Source: Chrysomallon squamiferum (Eukaryota > Animalia > Mollusca). Taken from it: a DNA stretch of 64,000 nucleotides. The notes beneath the pieces are model-generated. The model saw only the letters and a program-made list of their open reading frames with translations. It ran no database searches and was not told the DNA's origin. The translations under genes and the position numbers were made by a program. The stretch lies in the NCBI GenBank assembly GCA_012295275.1, contig CM022672.1, positions 7,688,001-7,752,000 on the forward strand. The letters run 5' to 3'. Positions 38,226 through 59,248 of this stretch are shown piece after piece (the first letter of the stretch is position 1; each line of letters starts with the position of its first letter).

Positions 38226-40756
38226 CTCTAATAAAAAACAATAAATATTTCATATAAAAATTATAATATTAATAATAGTACCAGTATTTCTAGCACTGAA
38301 ATTTATAAGAGGTATGATCAGAAAGTTTGTTTTTCAATTATTGTTATAATCAGACCTCCTAGTTAATTATGTTGTGATCAGAACTTGTAGTTTAATTATA
38401 TATTCAGTAATGAGTTAAATTGATTGTTACAATACATTTTGTTTTCTTCTCTAGAACAGGAACAAATAACTACCAGGCAGGTGACTCAAGACAAGATACA
38501 TCAGAATGGCTTAATGCTGAGTGTGTAAATTAAATTTCTTTTGCTAGAGAAATAATTATACATATCTGAAAACAAATCAGGCCTATATTGTTTCATGTTA
38601 TAGTACTTAATGGCATAATAAAGGTTCAATATAAATTAAATTAAAGATAGAATGTAAATTAAAAAAAATTAACTATACAAAATTCAGTTTATCAAAGACA
38701 ATGGATCTGTCACAAATTCACCAAAGAAAATAGGCCATTAGGAAAACCATTTCTCCAAAACATGTGCCTTTTATTGCTTTAAGACAATATCTCTGCTACA
38801 AAATGTCACAATCAAAGTGATTGTAAACATTTCAGTAGAAGTTTTTAATTCTCTACAGTAGGTTTGGGTAATGAAACAGTAATGTTATTGTTATATTTTT
38901 AAATTGTTGATATAGAAATTGTTTTATGCAAGCACATGTAAGGCAGTGCAGTTGTTTGTATCAACAGTAAATGAGTATAATGCATAACAGATTTTAAATA
39001 GATATTTCTTATTGGTTATTTAACTTTAAGTAAGCATCTTGGGAATGTGCATATTTTAATTCTATTTTTCAGGCAATCAGTCAGTCACTCTCATCCATCT
39101 TTGAGCAAAAAACCTACAAGCACAATATACCATCCATACAAGTCACCTCCAGGTAAAAAAACACGTAGTCGCCATTCCTCAGACTACATGAATGGAGATA
39201 CCATTACAGAGAAAGTTGTGAAAACTCGGGGCAGACCACGAAAAAATGTTGACAACAGTTCCGTTGAAAGCGGAGCTAAATATTTACTGGAAGACAGTTC
39301 CACAAGCAGTGAATCTGAGGTAAAGAAGAAGAGGAGACCACGAAAAAATATTGACAGATGTTCTGTTGAAAGCACAACACCCCAAAAAGACTTTCCTTCT
39401 TTCCAGCAGGAGAGAAAGATGTCAGTGAAAAAAAGAAAGGAATCTGTTTTTGACAAACTGGATTCTCCAGCAAAAGTAATGAAGCAGAGTTTTAATGAGA
39501 AGAGAATACTGAGCCCCAGAGAAGCAGCCTATGTAGCAAAACTTGACAAGCGGCCCGAATACCCAGTGTCCAGAACACCAGTCAGAAAGAACAAGCCACG
39601 AACACCTCGGAAGTCAAATGTTTCCCCAAAGAGTGCATCGATGAAACAGAATAAATTTAGATCAGGTCAAGCGGCTACTGAAGCAGACTGTTCTTTGATA
39701 GATCAACCAGTTAGCTTCGACACAAAAGTGATGCAGAAATTCCTGCTAGGAATTAATAAAACAAAAGTATACCAATCAGGAAGAACAGATTCCTCTGTTA
39801 TGTCAGGCACTAAGCATTCACCATCACCCCAGAAGAAAAAATTGCTGGGACAGTATGTGAATTCAGAATTACCGGCTAAATTTGATTATGCAAGTACCTC
39901 CTGGGAATCCAGCAAATTAGAAAGATCACCTGCATACAAGAAAGGTATTAACAATGACTCAAGATTATCAACTAAGCCTGCCTCTGCTAGAAAATGTGCA
40001 GTAAATCGAAACACCAGCTCGCCAAGGCCATCTTCAGCACTGCCATATAAAAGTTCTAAAAAAGATTACTTACATCATGTCAGATCTAGTAAATATCCAA
40101 CTGCTGGCTGTGGACAGGTATCTAGGAATGTGGCTACAAATAACAGCAATATGTCTGCCAGAGACCAATATTCAGAAAGCACTGACAGCTCTTCTGATGA
40201 TTTCCAGAATCAAAAAGAATTTTCTGAGTTGGAGGAAGACAGAGTTCCAGATGTTGAAACATCTGCCATCATGAAGTTGGTTATTGAAAGCCCCCAAAAA
40301 TACTCCACTCCAAAGTCATCAAGTAAATTGCTGTCTCTTAAGCAACAGCACGCAAGAGCAACCAAGAGACTGAAAGAACTGGAAGAAGCAAGAGGTCAGT
40401 CTACCAAGGAAAGAGATAACAAGATTGAAAAGCTCAAATTATCAGCTTCAGAATCTTTGATGAAGCATGCTTCAGAACTTATAAAATCAGTGGAATCTCA
40501 CATTGACATGGAAGAGAAGAAAGTTGGTTCCTTTGAGGAGCGCCCAGTGTACAGCAGGGATAATCGAGACTTTTCAAACTCTTCCTGCAATAGCAAACAT
40601 GACAGATATGGTCACCATGAATTCAAGAAACCTCTGCCTGTCACTGACCGACATGGAAAACTCAAATATGTTAGATCAGTGTCTGTGAATTTTGACCCAC
40701 AAGATGTCGATGCATATGATGCTGATTATTCAAGAAATTTCTGCAGTATCATGTAA
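38010..40756 (+). CDS. Uncharacterised basic, disordered protein (~625 aa) with AT-hook-like motif and a short coiled coil
   Basis: Exons 38010-38131 (MPVNGNKTSKKPRR..., donor CT|GTAAAT), 38455-38520 and 39073-40756 join in phase 2/2. Contains KTRGRPRKN, a duplicated RPRKN(V/I)D..SVES motif and many SP/TP sites. The 1.7-kb open frame has coding-like composition against an AT-rich background. Confidence 0.75.
38141..38220. repeat. (CT)n microsatellite
   Basis: About 40 perfect CT units just after the donor at 38132. Confidence 0.97.
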
Positions 40757-40947
40757 TGTACCTAGCTTCTATAAACTGATTTTGCCAATGATAAAACTGG
40801 AAAACTTTTAGAAACAAAAAGATTCTAATTAGAGAAATATATATATTTTTTAGTTCTTACTGTTTTTATTATTGCTATTATTATTATTTTTTATAACATA
40901 AAAAAAAAAAAAAAAAAATTGTAAAATAGACTGGTTTGCAGCATGCC

Positions 40948-40980
<33 letters not shown>

Positions 40981-42924
40981 CTGTCTGTCTAAAATATGTA
41001 CAACAATCATTTAGATATGCACAATTATAGTTTTGTCTTGTTAGTAATTGTAATTATTCATTGATAGTACTTTGTGAAAATACTTGTGTGTGCATAGTAT
41101 CAGTATTTTCAAAACACCCACACAGGTAACTTACCGAATTTAGCTAAACATTTTTTTAAACTGATAATTTTATCAGATTTAGAAAACAAAGAATTAGATA
41201 AATTTTTTGGAAAACTGTAAAATATAAATTTGCTATAAGTAAAATATAACTTAATTTTCAAAATGCCCAAAATATCAAATTTTATTTCCTTCCTAGGCAA
41301 GTTGGGTTTCAGTAATTTAAACTTTTTCCATTACCATTTGTCAGTTGCTATTTTACAGACAACACTGAAGTGACTGTCTTCACTAACACTCGCATTATAC
41401 TGATATTTCTGTGCATACTTAATTATCAGACTGGATATTGACAATTGCCTGCATTATATCCTGGTATAGGATATTTGTATGATGTCAGTCAATGGCTTTC
41501 TGGGATTTTGTGACACCAACAGTTACTTAAGAGCTGTAGGAATACAGTAATAGCTATGTGACAACTGGTTTGTCTGGTTTGGACCTCAGTCTTGGAATGG
41601 TGCAGGTCATTTCATATTCCATAGTAGACTTTTCAGGTATTATCCCAATATCACTGCATTAATGGTATTTTTAAACACATTTTCCTTGGATTTTTATTTT
41701 TATTTTTTACCTTAACATAATATCAAGGTATTTTTATAAACTTTGATGAAGAATTTACAAATGTTTTTATTGTGCACTCTTCTGGTAAGGTTAAAATTTA
41801 GCAGCTTTTAGTTAAAGGATTTTTCTCATCTCTGGCTTGTGTTTTTCTCATCTGAATGTAACTGGTCACATGTTTTATTGTTTATTTAAAGAATTTCTTA
41901 GAGGGTTTTGTCAGTAAAGGTGTTTCTGAACATACTACTGCTTTTGTTCAGTCTCAGGAATGAAAAATGAGCATATTAGAATTTCAAGTTTTTGATTTTT
42001 GTAGATTTAAAAAAAATTATTACTGAGCATCCCTCTTAATTTGAAATGTTGGTGAGTTTTATGACAAATGGTATGTAACTTGGTTTAATTTTGGTTACAT
42101 TTTATAACTTGTTATTTAAGTTATACAGTTATATATATTGGTTTGGGCATCATTTCTGGCAAAACATAAGTAAATGTCGACATATTGTATTTATTTTTTC
42201 TCACCTCATTAGCAGGATAAATATTAGTAATTTATTAAATAGAGATTTCTTTTGATTTTCTCAGATACTGTGAAATGAATTTCTAATGTGTATTGAACTG
42301 AGGTAGCCAGTATAGCCTGTATATGTTAATGTTTTTTTCATTTAATTTATTTAAAACAAATAAAAACAAAACAACCTCCACCCAAAACAACAAAAGAAAA
42401 AGTATAAACTAAGTATTTGTTTATTTGTTATGTTAGTGTATGGCTTTCATGTTTTTTTTTTTATTAAAAAAAAATAAAAAAAAAACAATACCTTATTCTG
42501 TAAACACTTTACAATTGTTATTTATTATAAAAAAAAATTATAAAAAATAAAAATTATAAAAAAAATTGAATAAAGAATTATACAGCAAATATGTTGTTTT
42601 TGAGATTTTATTTAATATTTTAATAATTTGTTTTTGTAAAAGATTACATTTTTAACAAATTAATATTATATATTTATTTATCATTATAATAATTATATTA
42701 ATGTTATGATTTATGTTGAAAATACATATGTAAAATGTTTTAATGAAGAAAAACAAGACTAAATAATTTGAGTATGATAAATATTCATATAGCTAGTTTA
42801 TTCAACACTAATAACTGGGGATACAAAGCTGTAAATAGATTTTTCTTTGCACTGTATAACAATGTCCTTTCATTACCAGTATAAATATTTTCATATTAGT
42901 CCAGAGGTAACGTGTTATTTGTGG

Positions 42925-43160
42925 AAGAAGGAAATAAATGTTTTATTTAATGATAATACTTGATACATTTTTTTCCAAATATTTGGGTAAAACTATTCAA
43001 AATAATGAAAGAAAAACCAACTACTTGCATTTGTGGACTAACTATTCTAATTATCAGTGAGAAATCTTATAAGCACAATCAAACTGACAGAACAGTACAT
43101 ACCATGGAAATAGAGAAATAGTTAAATGACTTCTGGAAGAGGGATCATTCCAACATTTAC
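42925..43160 (-). mobile_element. Degraded SINE-like element
   Basis: gaaggaaataaatgttttatttaatg...ttataagcac...gacagaacagtacataccatgg...gagaaatag...gggatcattcc resembles, from memory, the reverse complement of a tRNA-derived gastropod SINE. The reverse complement of 43047-43075 matches 46248-46276 at about 20/29 nt. Confidence 0.45.
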
Positions 43161-43808
43161 AACCCCCTACCTATTTTTGGTTGAATGTGCAGAATGAAAA
43201 AGATCAAAATAAAGGGCCAGTTAAAAACTAGCAATAATAAATCTTCTGAACTTTTATAAACAGCAAAGCACACAGTCACACTGTTAAGACTTGATTGGAA
43301 TGATAACTAATTATGTCAGTATAGTGAGGAGATTTGAATAAAAATTATGGGCGGATGTCAATAAGATTAAAACTATATATTTTATATTTTACTGCTTAGT
43401 AGCAATAATATTGCTTTATTATCCTTATATTATCCTTACTATGATATTTAAATGAATAATAATCAATTTTCTTCAATAGGAACTTGACCGCTTAGTATTT
43501 TTATGGTTTTAATAACATTTTTATGTGTTGAATGAATTGCCAGTTTGAAAAATAAAATTCATTTACAATAATAAACAAACAAAAGAGCAAACAAATAAAT
43601 ATATTTATATTAAAAAAAATTAAAATACATACATACAAGGAATTTCATTTGTGATATTTATTTGAAGTAATTTTATGTCATCTAAGAAACGTCTTTAATT
43701 ATCAATTTTGTAAATATTGTTTCGATTTGGTGTTAGCACTGCTTGTCAAACTATGCTTTTTAAAAGTAAGTGCTTTGTAGAATTGGAGGAAACGACAGAA
43801 GAAAAGAA

Positions 43809-49802
<5,994 letters not shown>

Positions 49803-52800
49803 AAATGTATATCTAGAATATATGTGTTCTGTTGTGTTTATTTATTTATTAATATTGAAAAAGGACTCATGAAAATATGCTAAATTATCCTGCTATAGCA
49901 TTTCCAAAATCGGATTTTCAAAGATTTTTTTGAAAATGTGGACATTTCTGTTACTGTAACCAGTGCTCTCTTTGAACTTGAATCTGTTGAAAACTGAGAA
50001 AAATCCTCAAAAACCTTAATTATCATGGTCATCATCTATGTCAGACATTATTAAAATAGTTTTTTTTACATGTCATTAATTCTTCACTTGAATGTACTGT
50101 ACCTATTTCAAAATATAAAAATTATTCTCATTATAACATTACCATTTTGTTTTATTATTGGATAACATATAAGTATACATCTTTCATACATAGCTAGAGT
50201 AAACATCACATCAACTATAGGCCAACATCTTGATATGAAATGAAGAGTTTGCAGTAGTAATGTTTGGGTCTAGAACCACATACTTTCAACTTACAAATAG
50301 AGTTCTTTTAATCTTTATCTGGGACTAATATATTTTTAATATCTTTTATTATATGATAGTTATAGCCAAGAACCTTCAAATACCTATTATCTTAGCTATT
50401 TATAATGTTATGGACTTAAATGTTTACCTATTTTTTGCATCTCTTTATAACACAGTGTTTTGCACTGATTTGTGTTGTGACAGGTCACCGGATCAGTCCT
50501 CTGCAGTACTGCCAGTGAAGGATTTCCAAAAAATGCTCAAATAAGCCCTTTGCATGACATAATCAGTTTCCTCTCATTATCTGTTTATCCTTTAATCATA
50601 CAACCTTGTCAAATAACTGCAACTCTTAATTTTGATTATTCATTTTTTCAAGGTTAAGTTTGTTTTTCCTAGGACCAAGATTTTTAATACATGAGTCTGA
50701 TTTCAGTTAAACACACTGAAACACACTTTCTGATTAATATCTATCAGTTTGTGTCACTGTTGCTGACCAAAGCTCAATACTTTGCTGTGTGACTTATGAT
50801 ATGGTTTGATGTGACAGATCACTCATTTTCAGTTTTGAAGGTATTTTCATTCTCAGTTTCACTGCACAACATGTTTAATACATGATTTAATAAGCATGAA
50901 GAAGAAAAGGTAACTGACCCAACTCCTAAAACAGCTGCCATTTTGCAGTTTTCAAGTGGACTTAATATGACAATCTGACATCTAAATGGGGATTGTCTTG
51001 AATGATACTGATAGATCACTAAGTAAATTTACAAAAGAAAACAACCAGACTTGAGATGTTTAAATTCATTTTATTACAACCAGCAAACCAGTTTTAAATA
51101 TATTCTTAATAAGATATTATTTAGTAATTTATAGCTGTATGCATGAAAAAAGAAGCGATTTAACAAATATATGATATGTTTATCGTATCTGTTACATTTA
51201 AATGTATTTAAAATTATAAATACAGCCACTGTTTATTGTTGCCATTATTCTATTTTCATTTCATTTTCTCTCAGTATGATAATTTACTAATTAAAGATAG
51301 AATATTTAGATTTCTACAGTTTTGTTTAAATTGAAATGATTAAACTAAAAAAAATATATATAAATAAATAAAAATGATTTCCACTCAACTTGAGGAGGCC
51401 ATTAATTTTATTTTAAACATGGACAGTTTTCTTTCAAAATTTACCTGTGTGGTATAGAGATTGAAAGAAAATAACATAAGTACTTTATTTCCTATAAAAA
51501 TCCAATCAAATAAATCCATATTATTAATAATTTAGATTCCTTTTTTTTTTTTTTTAAATCAATTTCAGTCAAACACAACTTATCACAGACAAAGTATATA
51601 ACTTGTTTTAAGGCAAACTAAAAGCAGAGTTTGTATTTACATTATTATCAATATTATACACATACATACGTGCGTGCGTGCGCGCACGCACACACACACA
51701 CACACACACAAAATCATTTAAAACTGAGTTCATATAAAGGAGTAAAAATGCTTTAAATATACAAATAGTTGTATACAACCAGCATGGGATTCAGTGGTAA
51801 AATCTGTATAGTTATTAATTACATCTGAAATGGAATCATAGTAACAAGTAAAAAAAAAATACCATTAGCACTTGGATATTAAAATGTTTAGTTGTGTTAT
51901 TTGAAATTAAAATTTCAGAAGTGGCAACATTTATAAAAAAAAAACACTCTAAGTGATTGTGAAGGTTGGTGAATTTAAAGGTGGATTACTATACAATTTT
52001 AACATCTTCCACATATACAATTTTAATTACAATAACATTTTATTATTATTATTGTTATTTTTATTGTTGTATTTTATTATACTATTTTTTCATTAAAAAC
52101 ACAAAGTGCGCCTCTGGCAATATGGATAAATGGTAAATATTTTCTCATGCAAAGTTTGCAGAGTATTTTTTTAGTTATATTTTAAGTTTATTTTTCAAAA
52201 TGTCAGAGCTGCCTAATATTTTGAAAATAAAACTTGTATCTGACTATCATAACATACTTGACTGACAGATATGTAATTATAATAGCTGTTTTTACCTTGT
52301 ACTCCGTAAACATGGAAAATTGAGATCAGTAATGGAGCATAGCGATTTATACAATCATTGTATAACCAAATTGTTTATTGTGCTAAATGAAATTCTTTGA
52401 GATCTATATTAAACATAAAGTTAACTTATAATGGTTTATACTGCCAGAAGGGATTGTGACCAGTATTAAATGTAAGTTATAATTACATATGTTTACACTT
52501 TTACTTGTATTATTAGTATTATGAAATATGATCCCAGAACAAATGAAATAATTAATTATTTAGATAGATAGATTGATAAAAGAAATTATGTGGTCATTTT
52601 ATTAAAAAAAACAAAAAAAACAAACAAAAACAAACCCATTAAAAATAAAACAGTAATCAAATATTGGATAACTATAATAATTTTTGATATATTAATAACA
52701 GAAAGGATCGTGGTGTTGATAAATGAAAATTCTTCCATTACACATAGACAAACAGAAACATGCTGTATTCATTAACATACAGAACTTTATAAATACATTC

Positions 52801-52921
52801 TCATTTTTCTCTCACAAGAATACAAACATTCACACACAAAAAACAGTGTATTTACATTTCAGCAGTGACCACGTACAATTTTTCTAGAATAATACTTACT
52901 GTCTTGACTCTATAAAACTTT

Positions 52922-52922
<1 letters not shown>

Positions 52923-52968
<46 letters not shown>
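52923..52968. repeat. (AAT)n microsatellite; similar tracts at 55911-55944, 56521-56572 and 63381-63438
   Basis: Perfect AAT runs. Confidence 0.95.
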
Positions 52969-52970
<2 letters not shown>

Positions 52971-53158
52971 TATCAAATATTTTAATGAACTAATTTCAGC
53001 ATTGACCACAAATTAATTTTCATTATAAAGCTTTTACAACATCTACTTGTTTTTATAAAGGTTATCTTTAATAATTTATCTACCACTACAAAAAACAAAA
53101 ACAAATACAGTTTCACACAAACTTTAAAAAAAACCCCTGAATTGCATAATATAAAATA

Positions 53159-55476
53159 TTACTGTTGAACATGGTGCTGATAAGCATCCTGTGGTTGGCC
53201 TGGACCAGGAATCAGATGATTCTCAATGTGATCAGGATAATCAGCCACATTTTCATTAACATTACCACCAGGATGAGTTGCATCTTGAAGATTAGGGTTA
53301 TAGATGAGTTTGTGACACAGAGGACAACAGTCCTGAACATACAGCCACTTTCTCAGACAGACACCGTGGAAGTAGTGAGAACACCGCGTAACGCGGGCAC
53401 TTTCCTTCAACTCCTGATAACAAATAGCACATACATCATTCAGCTTGTCCAGCTCTTCCTGAGTTGCAATGGGAAGTGAGTTGATTTTGTTAACTGCAGT
53501 TCTTCTTTTCATGAACACCTTCCAGCCCTCCCTGGCCTGCATCCAGATGTTGAAGTAGACATGAATGCACATCATGATTGCACGTATAGCACCACCAGAT
53601 TCAAACAGCATTATCCACACACCATTACAAAACAGAAATATTCCAAACAAGAATTCCACTGTGTTGCCTGTTGACTGCACATAGTAAACATAATCATCAA
53701 GCTGCTCCCAGAACTTGTCTCTATATGCATCCAGAATAAATAAGCCATATACAAGCAGGCAAATAAATACTTTAAAAATAACTTCTATGCTAAATGCTGT
53801 TACTGCAAGCAGCCATGTACTGACTGTGTATCGACTCCACAAATAAGAAAGTAGCCAGAGAGGAAATAAAGTGAGAAACACACACATAGATAGTGCTCTA
53901 GCATGTCGCATAATATTTGTATTCCTGGAAGCACTTAGTGACATTAGCAATGGATTAACCATGTTGTATACAAAATGCAGTATTGCAGTGGACAGTAGGC
54001 AAAAGTTACGATAAAGCTGCATCAAACGCTTTTCTTCTTCAAGGCCAGTTAAACCAGTTTGTAATGCTAAAATAAAAAATAAGATAGCTGACACTGTGCC
54101 CATGTTGCGGTCCTCTTCTGTGTCAGAGCCTATGCAGAAAGCCATGGTGAGACCGATGTAGTGTGTGACAAGAGAGACGACACTTGTCAGTCCCAGCAGG
54201 GCTACTATAGTTTCACAACTCCTTGTAACAACAGACTGCACCATCTCAGTGGAAAATGACCATGCCCAGTAGTCAACTTTTCCTGTCGCAACATAGTGCT
54301 GATACATCATGAACAATATGTGACTGGTGACTTGGTATAAAACACGAGTTATAAAGAACACTCTTAAAACTGTAGGAACTCTGACCCTGATCCAATGACC
54401 TTCAATGTAACTCTGAATACCTATCTCATGAATTGTCTCCGAGCCCAGCTTGTATGTCCTTACCAGTGTTTTAAAAATCCAGTACAAAGAATTACACAAA
54501 TCTGATATTAACTGAAGTACTGGGAATACCAGTGATACTAATGGAGACCACAGAAAAAAGTGAAAGTCTGGATAAAATGCTAGCACTGTTAGTGGGAAGC
54601 TTAATGATAAATGTATGGACATCTGAATGAGCAACCTCATGCCATTGTTGTTTTCACTCTGTTTATACGAGTGACGGTTTGTTCTCAGCAGTATAAAAAG
54701 TTTTGAAAGACACATTTGATAAAAGACATTTGAAAAAAATAAATACGGATTGAGTGAAAATAGCTCTAAAAATGTGTATGGTTCCAGGTATGGTTTTTCC
54801 TCCATCTTTTTCATCTCCATTGTGTATGCTTCAATAACATAAACAAAGTTAAACCGCTGAGAGATGATCAAAATAGCAAAAGAAACAATATAACTATAGG
54901 TGTCCATTAACTGTTTCACATCCAGACAAAACACAATTATAGCAACACAGCAACCTGGAAAAGACAATTTACAATTAATACTCCTGTTTCACAGCCCATT
55001 CATTAACCTGATTAATCTGATATTTTTACAGCTATTGTGCTGAATAAACACTTCATCACTATATATCAAAAAACCGTTACTTAAATTTTATCTTTCATCT
55101 AGATATCTTAAAGTGTTATGACCTAATTTCACCTGAACTTTACTCTGTTTCATAATAATGTGTGCCTTCATGGCAAGGTCATGCAAATTATTAACAGAAA
55201 TAACTATATCCAGAATTAGGCTAGTGTTTCTTTGACTTGAACAAATATAGATGAATCTGACTGAATTTGTGACAAAATACTTGAGTGCATTACAAAATGT
55301 TACTTTTGAACTAAACATATAATTTTAATGTCTAAAAAGTCATTCCGCTAAATTAAAAATCTCAGAAATGCATACAGAAGACAATTACTTATATATGTAA
55401 AATTCCTTAGGACATACCTTAAAATTAAATAGCTTTCAAAGAGTTAGATTTATTATTTTTGTTGTTTTTTCTTCTT

Positions 55477-55513
<37 letters not shown>

Positions 55514-55908
55514 GACACACTCACAAACCATATGTAATATACACATTAAACTATATATATTTACATAATTATACCAATGTTTTGGGTTTTTTCAGTTTAT
55601 TAAGAATGTACTGTTAATGTATTGAATATCATAATTTATATACTACTCAGTGCAAACAAATGTCACTAGCATACTTGAAGTGATTAATTATATATAATAA
55701 TTATTATTATTACTGGAATATATTCAGACTTTTTTAATGTTCTTATAAACACTTTACACTGAATTCTTAATATTTTATTATGATAATACTGTTTTTAATA
55801 CATTACTTTTCGAAGTTTTTCTGATTTTTAAGTTTTTCGTTACAGATTTTCTCATGTACATAAATTATTCTCAATTTTAATTTATATTGCATCTAACTAT
55901 ATTTATTT

Positions 55909-55947
<39 letters not shown>

Positions 55948-56308
55948 CATGATCTATAGATAATCATAATAGATATGGGATAGCCCGAAGTTTGGATTTT
56001 ACATTTTTTGTTCCTAACGATTTTACGTATAAATGCAAATCAAGGAATATAATGAATTTTTTTCTTTTATTCTTTCACATGCGGCCAGAAACGAATAACT
56101 GATGGTTTCATTTAACATGATACTTACATCCAAACATACATAGCAACCAAAGCATCCATGTCCAGTCACTTGACATTTCCCCATTTCGAAAAACGTGCAT
56201 CACCAGGAAGTCGAGGAAATTCCCGTTCAAAATATTGTCTAAGACGAACAGCGACGGGACTCGCAGGATCACGTCTAGAATCTTTTCTATTATATTTTGC
56301 CATAACAT
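53159..56308 (-). CDS. RNF139: RNF139/TRC8 sterol-sensing multi-TM RING-H2 E3 ligase (two coding exons)
   Basis: Exon 1 56128-56308 (LDVILRVPSLFVLD, donor T|GTAAGT) and exon 2 53159-54954, phase 1. Motifs WIRVRVPTVLRVFFITR, ILFFILALQTGLTGL...RNFCLLSTAILHF, FWEQLDDYVYYV and RING-H2 DVCAICYQE...CSHYFHGVCLRKWLYVQDCCPLCH are RNF139-type. Confidence 0.9.
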
Positions 56309-56520
56309 GGTTCGTCCACAATAACTGGGACTAATCCCAATTAATATGGCTTATTATAACCCCCAATATTTTTTAAAGAGGGGGTCACAATCTGATTACA
56401 AAACTTCGAAATTTCGTTTTCGTTTGTTAACATCCGGTTCGATGAAAAATGCTATAAGAAATATCCAGTTGTCACTACTGACATGAAGCTATACACCCTT
56501 AAACCTATACAACTAAATGA

Positions 56521-56575
<55 letters not shown>

Positions 56576-56830
56576 TTGATAAACAAATAAACCAAAATAA
56601 CAAACAATCAAATAAATAAATAAATAAAATAAAGAAAAACTAGTACATGAATTGTGATACAAAAGTGATCTTATGATTCAACCTTAATCTGTGGCTATTA
56701 TTCTTGACTTATCTTACACGCTATCAACCCCTACTACCAACCAGTATTCAATAAAACAACAACAAAAAACAAAAAAATGAAGAGAGAGAACAACAACAAA
56801 AAAACACACCAATAAAATGAAAGAGAACTA

Positions 56831-56892
<62 letters not shown>

Positions 56893-57618
56893 AAGAAAAA
56901 TAAGGCAAATATACACATGATTATATTTTCGTCAGAAGAGCAGAAATGTTTGCAAATGTTAATATGCACTTCATGTTCAAATTTTGTTATCTGTTAATCT
57001 ATTTTAAAAAGCATCGTGTTCTGACATTGTTCTTTTTAGGTCTACTTGGAATTTTACTAGTAATAGAAGAGGGCATATTTATAAGGGATTTGGATTGGAA
57101 GATTTTAAAGAAAAATTCTGAGATATTTTAAAAAGTTTAATTACATTATAAATTTATCACTAATGGTTGTTTTACTGAACATACATATTACGGTCATCAT
57201 TAATAATTATAAGTAAACAAAGGTATTATTTATTTCATTACACATTGAAATACTACATCAACACTACCTGTAGATTAAATTATTAAAATTTATAAAAAAA
57301 TCTGTTTATGAACTAAATAAAACTCCTTAATTGTCCCATAATTTGTCTTAGAAGAATGTTAATAAAGAAATCCAGTGCCACACACCTACATTTTGAGTAC
57401 AAAATTAAAACCATCTGTAAAAATGTTAATTATATTTCTGCAAAAACATAAGAAATCACTAAAAAGTCCATGCTGAAGCTCGCTGCAAACCCTACCCCAC
57501 AGAATGTACAATTTGAATTATTTGTCAGTTTAAATTTCTAATCAAACTTTAATACAAAGTTACTGATATTTCTTTTATTGGCAATATTATGCAAATAAAA
57601 TGTTTAATAACTTTTTAT

Positions 57619-57668
<50 letters not shown>

Positions 57669-57693
57669 TTATTATTATTATTATTATTATTAT
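57619..57693. repeat. Compound (TAC)n(TAT)n microsatellite
   Basis: Directly visible. Confidence 0.95.
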
Positions 57694-58665
57694 TTTAATT
57701 TATTTTGTTTAACATTTTAGATTAATTATACATTTAGAAGTTTTCTACCAATTTGAATTAAATCCTTTTCAGGTCAGTTTTCTTTCTGTGTCATCCAAGT
57801 AATTAATGAAGCATCCATAAGCATTTGTTAAATAAAATGTTATTGGTGTTTTGTAATTCATGACATCTTGATACTGGCTGACCCCATAAATGAGTAGTTT
57901 GAAAAATTTGTATCATGTCTATTTTAAAATATTTTTACATCAGAGATAATATGTTCCATGTAACTGGATATGAAACAATTGCCTGACATATATGACAAAA
58001 CAACAGAACTATTTGTTTTTATTTTTCAAAGTCATGGTGTTATTTTTTTTTTAAATCTTTAAAGTTTAAAGTCCTGATAGAATCATATCACCTATTTCTA
58101 TGAGAAACTCATATCCATCCTCAGCCAAGTAGTATCACTGTATAAACACAGAGGTAAGCAAATGGGTTTGTGGTAATTGGAATGCAATATTGCATCTGTT
58201 TTGTCACTGGTTTATACTCCAATCTGCAGTTAATTGATTTCACAGCTGTGTTGCCAATCATATTGTTGTTATGCATGGAATCATGTACTCAATACCCAGT
58301 AACCAACTAAATGTACTGTCCAAACAGTAGTTATTTATTCCTTCCAGGAAGAAAACTATCAATTGAACCCCCCAAAAAACAACAACAAACAAAACAACAA
58401 TATCTAGCATTTAATTCCTTTAACATATAAATACAGCCTGTACATATAGCAACAAAATATCAACAATAAACAATAAAATATTTCCAGACTATTATTTTAC
58501 TACTGTTCAAAACATCACAGCCATCAAAAACAAAATTAATAAAATTGCAAAATATTTGACAAAATATACAAAACTGTAATTTTTGTAATTAAAATATGTG
58601 TGTTCAGTAATATTTTATTTGTTCTTTTTGTTGTTATTTCTTTTAAACAGACCATTGAAAGTAAC

Positions 58666-58699
<34 letters not shown>

Positions 58700-59248
58700 T
58701 ATAATAATAATAATAAAAATAATAATAATGAAAATAAATATATGTTATCAGACATAGTTATTTCAGTAAACAGTTTGATCTTGATCTGTTAAAATGACAG
58801 TTGAAGGAGAATAAAACAGAAAACAAAATACAAACAAAATCTAACAATTAACATGACAGTATTGAAACAATCTATCAAGTTATTACAAAGGGCACAGTGT
58901 AGCTCTGTGGTCAGTTTAGGATTAATTCTAGTTTATGAAATAACTGGACAGTACTTCACCCCATTTAATAAAAATCCAGTAATTATTTGTCTTCACATTC
59001 CATAAGCCAATTATTTTCTGATCTTGTGCTTTCTCAAAAGTCAATTAATTTTTGGAAACCAAATTCCTCCACATGGATTGATAACTATGTCAATCAGTCC
59101 ATTGCCATTAGTCAAATAATAGCTCCTTCATTTGAAATGCTTCAAACAACTTTTCCCGATAACAATTTGAAAGAAACATTTTCATTTGGTTTTCATGTTA
59201 TAAAGGAGAAATATGTTAAAAATGGATGTCTGTGTTTGTAGAACTGTG

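Noticed and set aside
56378-56400. GGGGTCA half-site upstream of RNF139 as an LXR/SREBP element; also ATACCCCCAC near 63469
   Set aside because: Only a half-site or an imperfect match; no proper DR4 or SRE consensus.
58895-58925. gtgtagctctgtggtcag and similar tRNA-like starts (e.g. ~11315)
   Set aside because: No cloverleaf or intact B-box; at most short SINE-head relics, not tRNA genes.
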